From the NCBI GenBank assembly GCA_033763455.1, contig JANRKO010000011.1:1-64000 (forward strand): 64,000 nt of DNA, in the 5' to 3' direction. The first letter of the stretch is position 1. The number at the start of each line of letters is the position of its first letter. The notes under the pieces are model-generated. The model saw nothing but the letters and a program-made list of their open reading frames with translations, searched no databases and was not told where the DNA came from. Positions 1 through 9,602 of the stretch are shown here, piece by piece. The DNA comes from Polyangiaceae bacterium. GTDB lineage: Bacteria > Myxococcota_A > Polyangia > Polyangiales > Polyangiaceae. A program made the position numbers and the translations under genes.

Positions 1-627
1 ATTGCGCGCACGCAGGTTTTGGTCCCTATCAGCAGTGAAGAGCAGCGAAAAGCTCTTCGTGCGATCCAAACGTTGCTGCAGCAATACCCCGGTGTCCCTC
101 AGCTGTGGGCTGCCGCTTCACGGCTAGCTGGTGTGACGGGCCCTCGCGAATTGGAATGGGAAGGATTGAACAAGGCTCTCCGACTTGATCCGGAAAACGC
201 TAGCTTGCGCGCGTTGAGCCTGATTGGTGCTGCCGAGCACCTACCCCCGACGGAGGCCGATGTGTACCTGGCGCCGGTGCATTCGAACCTACACCGAACC
301 GAGGCCGAGGTTTGCCTGATGCTCGCCTTCAGCGAAGTGATTCTCGCGGAGCGATCACCAGCGACGCGCGTCGAGCGCTGGAAGCGCGCGGCAACAGCCG
401 TGAATGCTGCTTTCCCGCGGGCGAGGTCTGACTGGATGACGAAGATCCTGAAAGGCCTCAGCCTGTTTCTCGAGGCAGCCATTGCGAAACGCAAAGCCGA
501 TCCCGACTTGCTGTACCGTGCGGGCCTTGGTCGCCTCGCAGCAACCTCTGGCGGCAAACCCATCGACGCCCTGCGAACCGAAGCTACGGCCCGAGTCGTC
601 GCCATGTCCGCCTCCGCTGCAGCCTGA
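1..627 (+). CDS. 5'-partial hypothetical helical (TPR-like) protein
   Basis: Frame is open from base 1 to TGA at 625-627; Ala/Leu-rich helices with TPR-like ALRLDPENASL. Confidence 0.55.
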   Translation: MARTQVLVPISSEEQRKALRAIQTLLQQYPGVPQLWAAASRLAGVTGPRELEWEGLNKALRLDPENASLRALSLIGAAEHLPPTEADVYLAPVHSNLHRTEAEVCLMLAFSEVILAERSPATRVERWKRAATAVNAAFPRARSDWMTKILKGLSLFLEAAIAKRKADPDLLYRAGLGRLAATSGGKPIDALRTEATARVVAMSASAAA

Positions 628-640
628 CTTAGCGAGAGGT

Positions 641-1135
641 GTGATTGGGATTGAACCTGTCGTGGATTCCGTCACCCACGAGAGGGCTCTTCGACGTATC
701 GAGAAGCATTGGGATGCCAAGCCTGGTTCACGTCAGGAGCGCGAGCTCGACGCGCTCGCCACCCTGGTCGATGCCTACGAACGCAGGACATTCCCAGTCC
801 ATGCCCTTTCTCCGATTGAGGCAATTACGTTGCGTTGTGAGCAGCTCGGTTGGTCCAGAAAGGACCTTGAGCCGCTCCTCGGATCGGCTGAGATCCTGAT
901 CTCCGAGCCACGTGTACATAAAACGTCACCCCCAAGTCGGCGAAGCAAGTCCCAGCGTGGCTCTGGCCCCGCCGTGGCGCTCGCCGCCAAACGGGGCGTT
1001 GCAGCCCTTGCAGTGGCGTCAACACCAAAGAACCGGCGGATCTCGGGGGGTCTCGATTCGATCTCGCGCCAACCCGCGGCGCGAACGACGGAGTCGAAAT
1101 CGACGCACGCCAGCCTTGGCAAGACGCTCACGTGA
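641..1135 (+). pseudogene. higA: HigA-family antitoxin with apparent internal deletion of the HTH and a long basic tail
   Basis: GAGAGG SD then GTG at 641; HERALRRIE..DAKPGS..ELDALATLVDAYE..FPV..PIEAI..EQLGWSRKDLEPLLGS matches the HigA N-terminus but joins directly to AEILI, skipping the usual recognition-helix segment. Confidence 0.65.
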
Positions 1136-1176
1136 CCGAGGCCGCTATCGTCTCCAACGAGTTCCTCGCCAGCGCC

Positions 1177-2262
1177 TCATTCTGGAGAGAACTTGACGGG
1201 GTAAAGTACGGTCACGATGCCGTTTACGGGCAGCGGAAAATCGAGGGAGGAGAACACGCTGAGCATGCAGTGAACTGCTACCGGGTCGGGCAAGTCGGAG
1301 ATTCCATCCGCCACGTTGCTCACCTTGTCGTCTCGACCGATCACGAAACGCACGGCTAGCCGACCCTCCAAGTCCGCCTATCGAGCGAGCCCCTGCTCGA
1401 AGCAGCTGCGGAGCTTGTGGTAGCTCTTGCGCACAACGTGCTGAATCACGTCCGGGGGCAGCATGCCACTGACGATTTTCGCCCCGTGCACGCCCTTCGC
1501 ACCCTCGCCACGATCTTTCCTGGGCAGGGCGACGCCAACCACCGACACCCTGCATGTTAGGCCGAGGATCGCGCCGGCAGCGTTTTGCCAGGCCGCTAAC
1601 GTGTGCCATAGGCCGCTCGCCCCCACCGATGGCAGAACCCGGAGCTCCACGTTGCACGACTGACCATCGCACTTCGCGGCGAGCTGGCCCCGGAGGTCGC
1701 GCAGGCTCTTACCGTCGTTAAGTTGAAAGGGCCCAAGCGTTGCGTTCTCTGTTGCTGAGGGCTGAAAGTCGTAAGCCATGAGGGGGCCGTCGCCTACCCA
1801 AGCCACAACGCGCGGATTCGTCTCGCCCTTGCTCGTCCCTACGGTCAGTGTCTGATCTCCAAGTTCGAGGCTGACGCTTTTGAACCCGGCTCGGCTCCCC
1901 GCGACGAACAGGAAAATTAACGCGTCCTCCGCGTATCTGGGGCCCAGCTGAATGCGCAGCTGTTCGCCGCTACCGCGCGCCTAGCTCATAGCCTCGGCAA
2001 GCTCCTCATACGCGATAGGCCCTTCGTTGATCGAAATCACGTCGCCCTCAATCCGCGCTTCCACCGCCTCCGCTGAAGGTGTCGAGCCCGCGGAAAGTGT
2101 CGAGTTCGCTGGAGCCACCAAATCTCCAGCTGACAACGTCGACGCACTGGGCCCCGCCAGCCCCGCCGAGCTCTCTGGCCACGACGGCGTCGCGGGCCTC
2201 CCGCAAGCGAACGCCACCGCCACCGCAAAGGTGTTCGCGACTCGCCGAACGCCTCGCATCAT
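1177..2262 (-). pseudogene. Lipoprotein with AgmX/PglI-type (TonB-C-like) C-terminal domain, interrupted by two in-frame TAG codons
   Basis: ORFs 1981..2478, 1378..1806 and 1177..1371 share one frame, separated only by TAG at 1981-1983 and 1378-1380; lipobox-like AFAC; SGMLPPDVIQ..CFEQGLAR*ADLEGRLAVRFVIGRD..GIVTVLYPVKFSP; start approximate. Confidence 0.75.
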
Positions 2263-2290
2263 GCGCTTACCCCCAGCGCCACACGCCTTC

Positions 2291-4072
2291 TCAAACTTCC
2301 GCGCTCGGCCCAGGCGCACTCCGAACCAGTTGCACAAAGCGTTCATCCTGAAGCCCGCGCGCTTTCTCAGCATCTGTGGCGTCGCTGTGGCAGGCCGCTT
2401 TTGCCCCTGTGGCGGCACCCACGGCGCGGCGAGTCTTGCTGGCGAGGCGATGGATTTCCTCGGGGCTAAGAACCCCACGCTTGGTCAGAATTTCTTGTTG
2501 CGCGGGCGTGAGCGCTCCGGATTTTTCTACTTTTTCTCGGACGTAGCCCTCTGCTTTGCCGCTCGCAAACTCCACGATCTCTTTGGAGATGCGCACCGAA
2601 CACCAATCGTGCCCACACATGGCGCAAAAATCGGTGTCTACATCGAGATCTTCGTCGTGATAAGCGCGCGCCACGTCTGTATCGAAGGCTAGCTCAAAGT
2701 GCCGCTCCCAGTTAAGAGCTGCGCGGGCTCGGGTGAGGTTGTCGTCCCAATCACGAACGCTGGGAATACCCAGCGCCACATCGCCGGCGTGCGCCGCGAT
2801 CTTATAGGCGATGCAACCCTGCTTCACGTCATCTTTCTTGGGCAAGCCCAAGTGTTCTTTCGGCGTTACGTAGCAGAGCATGGATGCGCCGTGATAGGCG
2901 GCAGCTGTTGCGCCAATGCAACTGGTAATGTGGTCGTACCCAGGGAAAACGTCGGTAACGAGCGGGCCGAGTACGTAGAACGGCGCGCCGTGGCACACCG
3001 TGCGCTGAAGCTTCATGTTGTATTCGATTTGATCGAACGGAACGTGGCCCGGGCCCTCCACCATTACTTGACAACCCTTGCGCCAAGCTTTCTCCGTGAG
3101 CTCTCCCAAACTCTTGAGCTCTGCTAGCTGCGCCTGATCGCTCGCATCCGCTAGCCCGCCGGGCCGCAGCCCATCCCCCAGGGAAAAGGTGACGTCGTAT
3201 TCGCGCATGATGTCGCAAATCTGGTCAAAGTGCTCGTACATCGGATTCTGTTTGCCGTGAACCAGCATCCACTTTGCCAGCAAGGAACCGCCACGGCTCA
3301 CGATGCCGATCAGGCGATCTTTCACGAATGGCAGATGTTCCCGCAGCACGCCTGCGTGGATGGTGAAGTAGTCCACGCCTTGTGCCGCCTGGTGGCGGAG
3401 GCTTTCAAGGATCACATCCAACGTAAGATCCTCAATTTTTCTTCCGATAATCATCGAATAGATCGGCACGGTGCCGATGGGCACAGTGGAGGCTGTGATG
3501 ATGGCGGCGCGGCAAGCGTCAATATCTCCACCCGTTGAAAGATCCATCACTGTGTCAGCACCCCAACGCTCGGCCCAATTGAGCTTCTCCACTTCGTCGC
3601 TTGTACCCGAAGAAACCGGAGAGGCGCCCATGTTGGCGTTCACCTTGGTCTTGCTCGCGCGCCCAATGCACATCGGCACTAGGTTGTGTTCCAAGTGAAC
3701 GCGATTGGCGGGAATGATCATGCGGCCCGCGGCCACTTCGTCACGAATTTGCTCAGCGGTAAGGTGGGGTTCCTTTTCGGCAACGCGCCGCATGGCATCG
3801 GTAACAATCCCTAAGCGGGCAAATTCCAGCTGCGTTCTGGGCTCGAAGCCTTTCGGAGCCACCCAACGCCCATCGCGGTGTTCCCAATCGAGCGGCATGA
3901 AGTCCCAAGCCGTCTTCGTGCTCGGAGCGGGCATGCCCGGCGTGTCTGGTGAAGAGAACGCGAGCGGCCCACCCACGTTAGGAGCGTTGGCAAAGGAACC
4001 CGGATTCGTGCCCGCCTTCTGGGTGGAAGGATTGAAGGCTCCGCGAAGGGGAAGGGTTAGGTTGGTCGTCAT
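2291..4072 (-). CDS. thiC: Phosphomethylpyrimidine synthase ThiC
   Basis: [43 protein letters not shown] and C-terminal CAMCGHDWC cluster motif; TPP riboswitch upstream. Confidence 0.97.
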   Translation of the reverse strand: MTTNLTLPLRGAFNPSTQKAGTNPGSFANAPNVGGPLAFSSPDTPGMPAPSTKTAWDFMPLDWEHRDGRWVAPKGFEPRTQLEFARLGIVTDAMRRVAEKEPHLTAEQIRDEVAAGRMIIPANRVHLEHNLVPMCIGRASKTKVNANMGASPVSSGTSDEVEKLNWAERWGADTVMDLSTGGDIDACRAAIITASTVPIGTVPIYSMIIGRKIEDLTLDVILESLRHQAAQGVDYFTIHAGVLREHLPFVKDRLIGIVSRGGSLLAKWMLVHGKQNPMYEHFDQICDIMREYDVTFSLGDGLRPGGLADASDQAQLAELKSLGELTEKAWRKGCQVMVEGPGHVPFDQIEYNMKLQRTVCHGAPFYVLGPLVTDVFPGYDHITSCIGATAAAYHGASMLCYVTPKEHLGLPKKDDVKQGCIAYKIAAHAGDVALGIPSVRDWDDNLTRARAALNWERHFELAFDTDVARAYHDEDLDVDTDFCAMCGHDWCSVRISKEIVEFASGKAEGYVREKVEKSGALTPAQQEILTKRGVLSPEEIHRLASKTRRAVGAATGAKAACHSDATDAEKARGLQDERFVQLVRSAPGPSAEV

Positions 4073-4114
4073 GGGTTCTCGCTCCTTGGGTTTACGGGAG
4101 CTTCGCCCTAGTTC

Positions 4115-4196
4115 GACGTCGCTTCCCTACGCCGGTGCTAACCGGATCAGGTTCAACGGGTGCTTCTCAGCGGCCTCTGCCGCGCCCCGGCGTGCT
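4115..4196 (-). ncRNA. TPP (thi-box) riboswitch
   Basis: Minus strand reads GGGG..GCTGAGA..CCCGTTGAACCTGATCCGGTTAGCACCGGCGTAGGGAA directly upstream of thiC. Confidence 0.95.
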
Positions 4197-4261
4197 TCAA
4201 CCTCTAGCGCAGGGGGGCGGCTTCCGGTAGCCCATTTTTCGTGCCTCCCCGGCCCCACGCA

Positions 4262-5245
4262 CTACTTTGCGGCATCACGCGCACAACGGATCCCGGTATA
4301 ATCACCGTGCCCGCCTCCCGAGTCCCCGTAGCGAGTGGCCGAAATTAGGCGCTGGGCATGGTGGAACCAACTCCCCCCACGGATAGCTCGGAAGGCCAAA
4401 CCACTCACTTTTGTGGTGGTAACCACACAATCATCGCAGGTGGCGGGGTAAGGCGGGAAGTAATAATCGAGCGTCCACTCGTAGATGTTGCCCGCCAGAT
4501 CAGCCTGGCCAAACTTTCCGTCACCCGCTGGCACCGACCCCACCCTGGCAATGTCTAAGAGTTCGCAATCAGCCGTGCCCGAGAGCAAACAACCGTGAAC
4601 GGCCAACGCGGTGTCACTTTCGGGCGCCGTATCTCCCCACGGGTAGACTCGCGCTTCTTCGCCTGCGGCCGCGGCGAACTCCCATTCCGCTTCGGTGGCG
4701 AGCCTGCCGCCGTCCCACGTACAGAAAGCGAAGGCCTCGTACCAGTTGATGCAGTTAATCGGTAGCTCTTCGCGATCTGCTTCGGCTGCGGTCCAAGTCT
4801 GGCGCATCCCCAAACAGCGATCCACCAGTTGAAGCTCCTGGGTACTTGGTGCCAATGTCCAACCCGGATTCCAACCCGAGCCTTCCACTTTCGGATGCCC
4901 GCCCTCAGCCGGAAACGGGTGACCTTCGGCCCTCCACGCGTCATACGCGTTAAAGAACTTGCGAAAGCGCCCCACGGTAACTTCAAAGCGATCGAGCTTG
5001 AACGCGCTCACCGTGGCCGGAGCATTCGACAACGAGGGGGCCGCAACATCTTCGTGCCGCACGTAACTTCCACCCGAAACCAGCGGACTCTCGCAACAAT
5101 TTTCATTGCGCCCGGCGCCGCAAGTGGGCGGCAAACCCACGCAACTTGGGGGCAAAAGTTGGGCCGGAGCTGCCTCTTCGGGGGAAGAGCAGGCCAAGGC
5201 CTGCGCTGCTAGACAAAGAAAAGCGACCAACCGAGCTTGATTCAA
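4262..5245 (-). CDS. Formylglycine-generating-enzyme (FGE-sulfatase/SUMF1) domain lipoprotein
   Basis: LDRFEVT, PINCINWYEA, RLATEAEWE, DLAGNIYEW, RGGSW, GIRCAR; lipobox ALAC; TTG at 5245 chosen as the likely start (ORF open to 5383). Confidence 0.85.
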   Translation of the reverse strand: MNQARLVAFLCLAAQALACSSPEEAAPAQLLPPSCVGLPPTCGAGRNENCCESPLVSGGSYVRHEDVAAPSLSNAPATVSAFKLDRFEVTVGRFRKFFNAYDAWRAEGHPFPAEGGHPKVEGSGWNPGWTLAPSTQELQLVDRCLGMRQTWTAAEADREELPINCINWYEAFAFCTWDGGRLATEAEWEFAAAAGEEARVYPWGDTAPESDTALAVHGCLLSGTADCELLDIARVGSVPAGDGKFGQADLAGNIYEWTLDYYFPPYPATCDDCVVTTTKVSGLAFRAIRGGSWFHHAQRLISATRYGDSGGGHGDYTGIRCARDAAK

Positions 5246-5371
5246 GGTGGGCCGAGCGTAGCTCCGAACGCCCAGTTTGTCGCGCGAGCTGCCAGAATCG
5301 TCGATTCCTGTGCCGATCCATACAATCCGCACCAGGTGCCATCCTTGTAAGGATGCGCTAGGAAGGCCGCC

Positions 5372-5635
5372 ATGTCGTCTCACCCCACGAACTTTCAGGG
5401 CTCGGTTGTCGAAGCTCTAACAGAGGCCATCGAGAGTAAATTGCCAGGCGCCAAAGCGCTCGTAACCGGTGGCGGCGGGCACTTCAGCATTGAGGTGGTG
5501 TCCGAGTTATTCGCGGGCAAAGGCATGCTGGAAAGCCAGAGGCTCGTTTACGGAGCGATCGCACATTTGATGCAGGGGGATATGGCCCCGGTTCACGCCG
5601 TTGATAGCCTAAAGACGCGTGTGCCGGGGAAGTAA
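5372..5635 (+). CDS. BolA/IbaG family protein
   Basis: GGGGHFSIEVVSELFAGK..QRLVY..VHAV motif, 87 aa. Confidence 0.88.
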   Translation: MSSHPTNFQGSVVEALTEAIESKLPGAKALVTGGGGHFSIEVVSELFAGKGMLESQRLVYGAIAHLMQGDMAPVHAVDSLKTRVPGK

Positions 5636-5651
5636 CGAGTAGCTCGCCGCT

Positions 5652-6362
5652 ATGTCCCTCGTTAGCATCAGCCGCGCGCTCTCCAAGAAGGTGGAGGCCT
5701 TGCATTTTTCGGCGCCCGTTCACTCCGTTTACAACCCGCTTGGCTACGCCAGAAAACCGCACGAGGCATATCTGGAAACGTACGGTTCTTCGCCCAAAGA
5801 GGTAGTCTTGGTGGGTATGAACCCCGGGCCCTTTGGGATGGCGCAAACAGGCGTGCCCTTCGGCGACGTAGTGTTAGTGCGCGAGTGGCTGAAGATCAGC
5901 GGGAAGGTGGAGCGTCCGGCAGCCGAGCACCCCAAAAGGCAGATCTTGGGGTTTGAATGCAAGCGCCGCGAGGTAAGTGGGAGCCGCCTCTGGGGTTGGG
6001 CCAAGGCGCGCTTCGTGAGCCCCGAGCGGTTCTTTGAGCGCTTTTTTGTGGTGAATTATTGCCCGCTCGCTTTCATGGAGGAAGGCGGAAAAAATCTGAC
6101 ACCCGATAAGCTCTTGCGCGAGGAACGCGATCGCTTGCAGGAGCTTTGTGATGAAGCTCTGCAGAAAACGGTGGCTACCCTCTCACCTAAGCTCGTAGTG
6201 GGGGTTGGTGCTTTTGCCGAGGCACGCGCCAAGCTGGCCCTGGCAGAGGAGAAGGTGAAGGTGGGCGTTATCTTGCACCCGAGCCCTCAAAGCCCGGCTG
6301 CCAATCGGGGTTGGGCGGAGGCCATCGAAAAGCAACTCGCGGCGCTCGGAGTCCACCTTTGA
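5652..6362 (+). CDS. SMUG1-type (family 3) uracil-DNA glycosylase
   Basis: GMNPGPFGMAQTGVPFG, EVSGSRLWG, NYCPL and HPSP motifs. Confidence 0.92.
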   Translation: MSLVSISRALSKKVEALHFSAPVHSVYNPLGYARKPHEAYLETYGSSPKEVVLVGMNPGPFGMAQTGVPFGDVVLVREWLKISGKVERPAAEHPKRQILGFECKRREVSGSRLWGWAKARFVSPERFFERFFVVNYCPLAFMEEGGKNLTPDKLLREERDRLQELCDEALQKTVATLSPKLVVGVGAFAEARAKLALAEEKVKVGVILHPSPQSPAANRGWAEAIEKQLAALGVHL

Positions 6363-8482
6363 AGTGGAGCACCCTCTTCGGCTCATGCCTCCTCTTGTTG
6401 AGCGTGGGCTGCGTAGAACCGCGCACGGAGCTGCCAACCTCTGGCCTGGGCGCCCCTTACGTGCTGCTTTTTCCGGAGCTCTTGCGCGACCCCAAGGACG
6501 ACGTACGCGACCTCATGCTGGGAGCGCTTCGAGATTTGGACCACGATTTGGGCGGCGGGGTGCTGGAGGTGCGCACCGATAGCAACCCCATGCACTGCTG
6601 GGAAGGGCAGCGATCGATCCCGCGAGTGCTGTGCCACAGTGAAGCCCAAAGCAGAATGCTTTCGAACGGCGAAGATGGGCTCATTTGGGGCTACGCCGTG
6701 AATGCTCGGGCGAAGGTATTCCTGTTGTTTCTATCAGCGCGCAGCGGTGCAACACCCGTGCAGCTTGAGCCTTCGGGGAAAGACGGACAGTTAACCCGTC
6801 GTGATCTCTTGAGCTGGTTTCGTGAGGCTGTTCTGGCCAGCCTGGGGCGAAGTGGCGATGGGTTAGAGAAGGCCCGCGCGCTGAGAGATCGCCTGCTGGC
6901 GCAAAGCGAAGCCATCGCTTCCCGAATGGCTCCGAGTGCGACCGGCGCCTCCGAAAGGCTCCCCGTTTCTGCAAAGGATGCCCTTTGGGCTGCCGAGCTT
7001 GCCCATTTAGCCGGGGACATCTCGTGGTCATTGGCGTCGCAAAACGGCGGACCCAGAGAGCTCCAACAGGCCCGGGACGCCTACGCCGCCGCCACAGGTT
7101 TCTATCCAAAAAAGAAGGACGCCGCATGGCTAAACGCCGAGGTGGGCCTAGCCATGAGCGAGCTCCGGCTGGGCGATCAACAAAAGAACGCGGACCTTCT
7201 GCTCAGTGCTGTGCGACACTTTTCTGCCGCTCGCGCTCGCTTCCCTGGCTCTGCACCTGTTGCCGAGATCGAATTAGGGCGAGGCCAGGCACTACTACTG
7301 GCGGGCGAGCTCAAGCGTGATCCGAAGCAACTTTGGGACGCTGTTTCCGTGCTTGAAGCAAGTATGGCGGCTACCCAAAAAGTGACAGTAGCGTCACATT
7401 CCGCAAAGGAGCTGGTGTGCAGAGCTGCTCTCGGTGCGGCCACGCTCGACGTAACCTATTCCACTCGGGGCCGGGAGGCGTGCGAACGAGCACTTGGTGC
7501 TTTGGCAACCGAAACTGGTAACTGCAAACCGGCGTTAGCCGCCAAGGGCAAAGCTGATCTTGGGCAACTCTTGTTTTTGGAAGCAGAAGCTAAAGTTGAC
7601 TTCGACCTGCTGGAACGGGTGCCCCCCAGGCTTGAATGTGCCCGCACGTTCCCGGCGTTCTCGACCTCCCGACGCACCACGCTCACATACATGCTCGCTC
7701 AAGCCGAGCAGCAGCTCGGAATCCAGATGCGCGACGTTGCCCGGCTCAAACAGGCTGCGGCTCTCTACCGTTCGTTGCTTGTGCCCACGCAGGCCTCCAT
7801 CAAGCCAAAAGAAGAAGTGCCTGAGCTGCGTTCACCGGAGCCCCACGGGCTCCACCGCGAGCTAGGCTTGACACTCGCTTTTTTGGGCCGCTTGGAGCCA
7901 ACGGTGCTGACCCTCACCGAAGCGGTGGCTGAGCTTCAACTGGTCTCTCCCTCAGCCCTTCCGAAGCCCCTGCCCTTGTTGCAAGCCCAGGTTCGCGCCC
8001 AACTTCAGCTGGCCGTTCTTTTAGGAACCAAAGAGCCAATGCCTGAGCTTCGAGCCAACCTTCTTGCCCTCTCGAAAGAACTGACGTTTGGCAAGGAACC
8101 TCTGCTCTGGCTGGACAACGCACTGCTATCCACGTTCCTCACCTGGCAGGTCCCGCAAGGTTCCGCTCGTGAACTTCAAGAGGCTGGCGAGTTGGCGCAA
8201 CTCTCCGCGGACCGAGCGTCGTTGCTATTTCCAGAACAAGCCGAGGCATTTCGAGTGCTTTCGCTGATGCTGCGCCTAAAGGAAGCCTCAACGCTCCGTA
8301 ACAACCAGCAGTTGTGCGGGCGGCTCCAGGCTGCCGACGCGTTTCTCTCTTCGCCGAGCCCTAGCCTTCCCACCCCCAGCCCTTGGCCCAATCCCACGCG
8401 CCTGGATCTGAGCCGACTCCTAGCCGAGCTCAGATCCGACGCCCAATTGACAAGAAGCTGTCAAAAGGTGCGTATCCCGTAG
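6359..8482 (+). CDS. Hypothetical helical-repeat (TPR-like) lipoprotein
   Basis: TTG start overlaps the SMUG1 stop (TTGA); LLLLSVGC lipobox; long Ala/Leu-rich helical repeats. Confidence 0.6.
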   Translation: MKWSTLFGSCLLLLSVGCVEPRTELPTSGLGAPYVLLFPELLRDPKDDVRDLMLGALRDLDHDLGGGVLEVRTDSNPMHCWEGQRSIPRVLCHSEAQSRMLSNGEDGLIWGYAVNARAKVFLLFLSARSGATPVQLEPSGKDGQLTRRDLLSWFREAVLASLGRSGDGLEKARALRDRLLAQSEAIASRMAPSATGASERLPVSAKDALWAAELAHLAGDISWSLASQNGGPRELQQARDAYAAATGFYPKKKDAAWLNAEVGLAMSELRLGDQQKNADLLLSAVRHFSAARARFPGSAPVAEIELGRGQALLLAGELKRDPKQLWDAVSVLEASMAATQKVTVASHSAKELVCRAALGAATLDVTYSTRGREACERALGALATETGNCKPALAAKGKADLGQLLFLEAEAKVDFDLLERVPPRLECARTFPAFSTSRRTTLTYMLAQAEQQLGIQMRDVARLKQAAALYRSLLVPTQASIKPKEEVPELRSPEPHGLHRELGLTLAFLGRLEPTVLTLTEAVAELQLVSPSALPKPLPLLQAQVRAQLQLAVLLGTKEPMPELRANLLALSKELTFGKEPLLWLDNALLSTFLTWQVPQGSARELQEAGELAQLSADRASLLFPEQAEAFRVLSLMLRLKEASTLRNNQQLCGRLQAADAFLSSPSPSLPTPSPWPNPTRLDLSRLLAELRSDAQLTRSCQKVRIP

Positions 8483-8568
8483 CTTCGTAGGCCCTAGGGC
8501 CCCCGGAGCATTGTTCCCACAGGAGCGGCTCACTATGCTCCGCGCCCTCGTGATTGAAAGGGACCTCA

Positions 8569-9561
8569 GTGCCTAAGTTTGACTGGAACCTCGAGCCCGC
8601 GCTCTTGAAGATCGGTAGTTGGGAACTCCGCTACTATAGCTTGCTGTTCGTCCTCGTTTTCTTGGGTGGCTATGCGCTGCTCAATTGGCAAATCCGGCGT
8701 GGTGGCGGCGATGAGGAGGACGCGGGGGACTTCATCATCTACGGCGTATTGGGTGTGCTCATTGGGGCACGCTTGGGACACGTGCTGTTCTACGATCTCG
8801 ACCAAGCGCTCGATGATCCGTTGTGGGTATTTAAGATCTGGACGGGCGGGCTCGCCAGCCACGGTGCAGTAGTGGGCTTGGCAACGGCCATGTATTTGTT
8901 CACCAAACGGCGAGGAATTTCCTACTTGGAGGGGTGCGATCGCTTCGCCTTCTCCGCCGCGCTCGGCGCATCGCTCGTGCGCCTAGGTAATTTCTTCAAT
9001 TCCGAAATCGTGGGTAGGGCCACCGACCAAACCTGGGGTGTGCGCTTCCTCCGTTACGATCGCGAACCCAACATTCCATACCGCCACCCGAGCCAGCTCT
9101 ATGAGTTTGTAATGGGGCTCGCAATTTTGGGCATCCTTTACATCGCGGACAAGAAGCTAGGCGAAGAGAAGCGGCCGCGAGGCGCGATGATTTCGCTGTT
9201 TTTCGTGCTGTATTTTTTCGGGCGGTTCCTCGTTGAATTCGTGAAGGAGTATCAACCCGGGGAAGCAATGCGAGCCCTCACCATGGGGCAGATACTGAGC
9301 CTTGGGCCATTTCTCATCGGGATCTACGGCCTTGTCTGGAGCTTCAAGCGGCGCATCCCCGTAGGTTGGGTCTCAACCTTCACCGACGACACCGACGACG
9401 AAGACTCCGAGGATGACGAAAGCGAAAGCGAAAGCGAAGGCGAAGGCGAAGGCGCCACCGCGGACACAAGGGCGGAGCATTCCGACACCAAGGGCACTGG
9501 TGGAGACCCCGATATTGATGAGGAATTCGGCAGCCATCATCGAGGCACCAACAAGGCCTAA
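8569..9561 (+). CDS. lgt: Prolipoprotein diacylglyceryl transferase
   Basis: IGARLGHVLFY, GGLASHG, RLGNFFNSE, HPSQLYE, RFLVEF, MGQILS; acidic C-terminal tail. Confidence 0.95.
   Translation: MPKFDWNLEPALLKIGSWELRYYSLLFVLVFLGGYALLNWQIRRGGGDEEDAGDFIIYGVLGVLIGARLGHVLFYDLDQALDDPLWVFKIWTGGLASHGAVVGLATAMYLFTKRRGISYLEGCDRFAFSAALGASLVRLGNFFNSEIVGRATDQTWGVRFLRYDREPNIPYRHPSQLYEFVMGLAILGILYIADKKLGEEKRPRGAMISLFFVLYFFGRFLVEFVKEYQPGEAMRALTMGQILSLGPFLIGIYGLVWSFKRRIPVGWVSTFTDDTDDEDSEDDESESESEGEGEGATADTRAEHSDTKGTGGDPDIDEEFGSHHRGTNKA
9417..9453 (+). repeat. Hexamer tandem repeat (AGCGAA/GGCGAA) in the lgt tail, encoding ESESESEGEGEG
   Basis: cgaa agcgaa agcgaa agcgaa ggcgaa ggcgaa ggc. Confidence 0.8.
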
Positions 9562-9574
9562 GCCACTCTAGCGC

Positions 9575-9602
9575 GTCCGCCTCTGGCTATCGGAGGCGGG
9601 AC
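9575..9602. terminator. GC-rich hairpin between convergent lgt and dapB, probable terminator
   Basis: CCGCCTCTG-gctat-CGGAGGCGG stem; no U tract. Confidence 0.5.

Noticed and set aside
1..627. HigB toxin upstream of higA
   Set aside because: The ORF is over 200 aa, helical, and lacks RelE/HigB features
1132..1672. Track ORFs 1132..1359 (+) and 1145..1672 (-) as separate genes
   Set aside because: They are shadow frames over the interrupted AgmX/PglI-type gene
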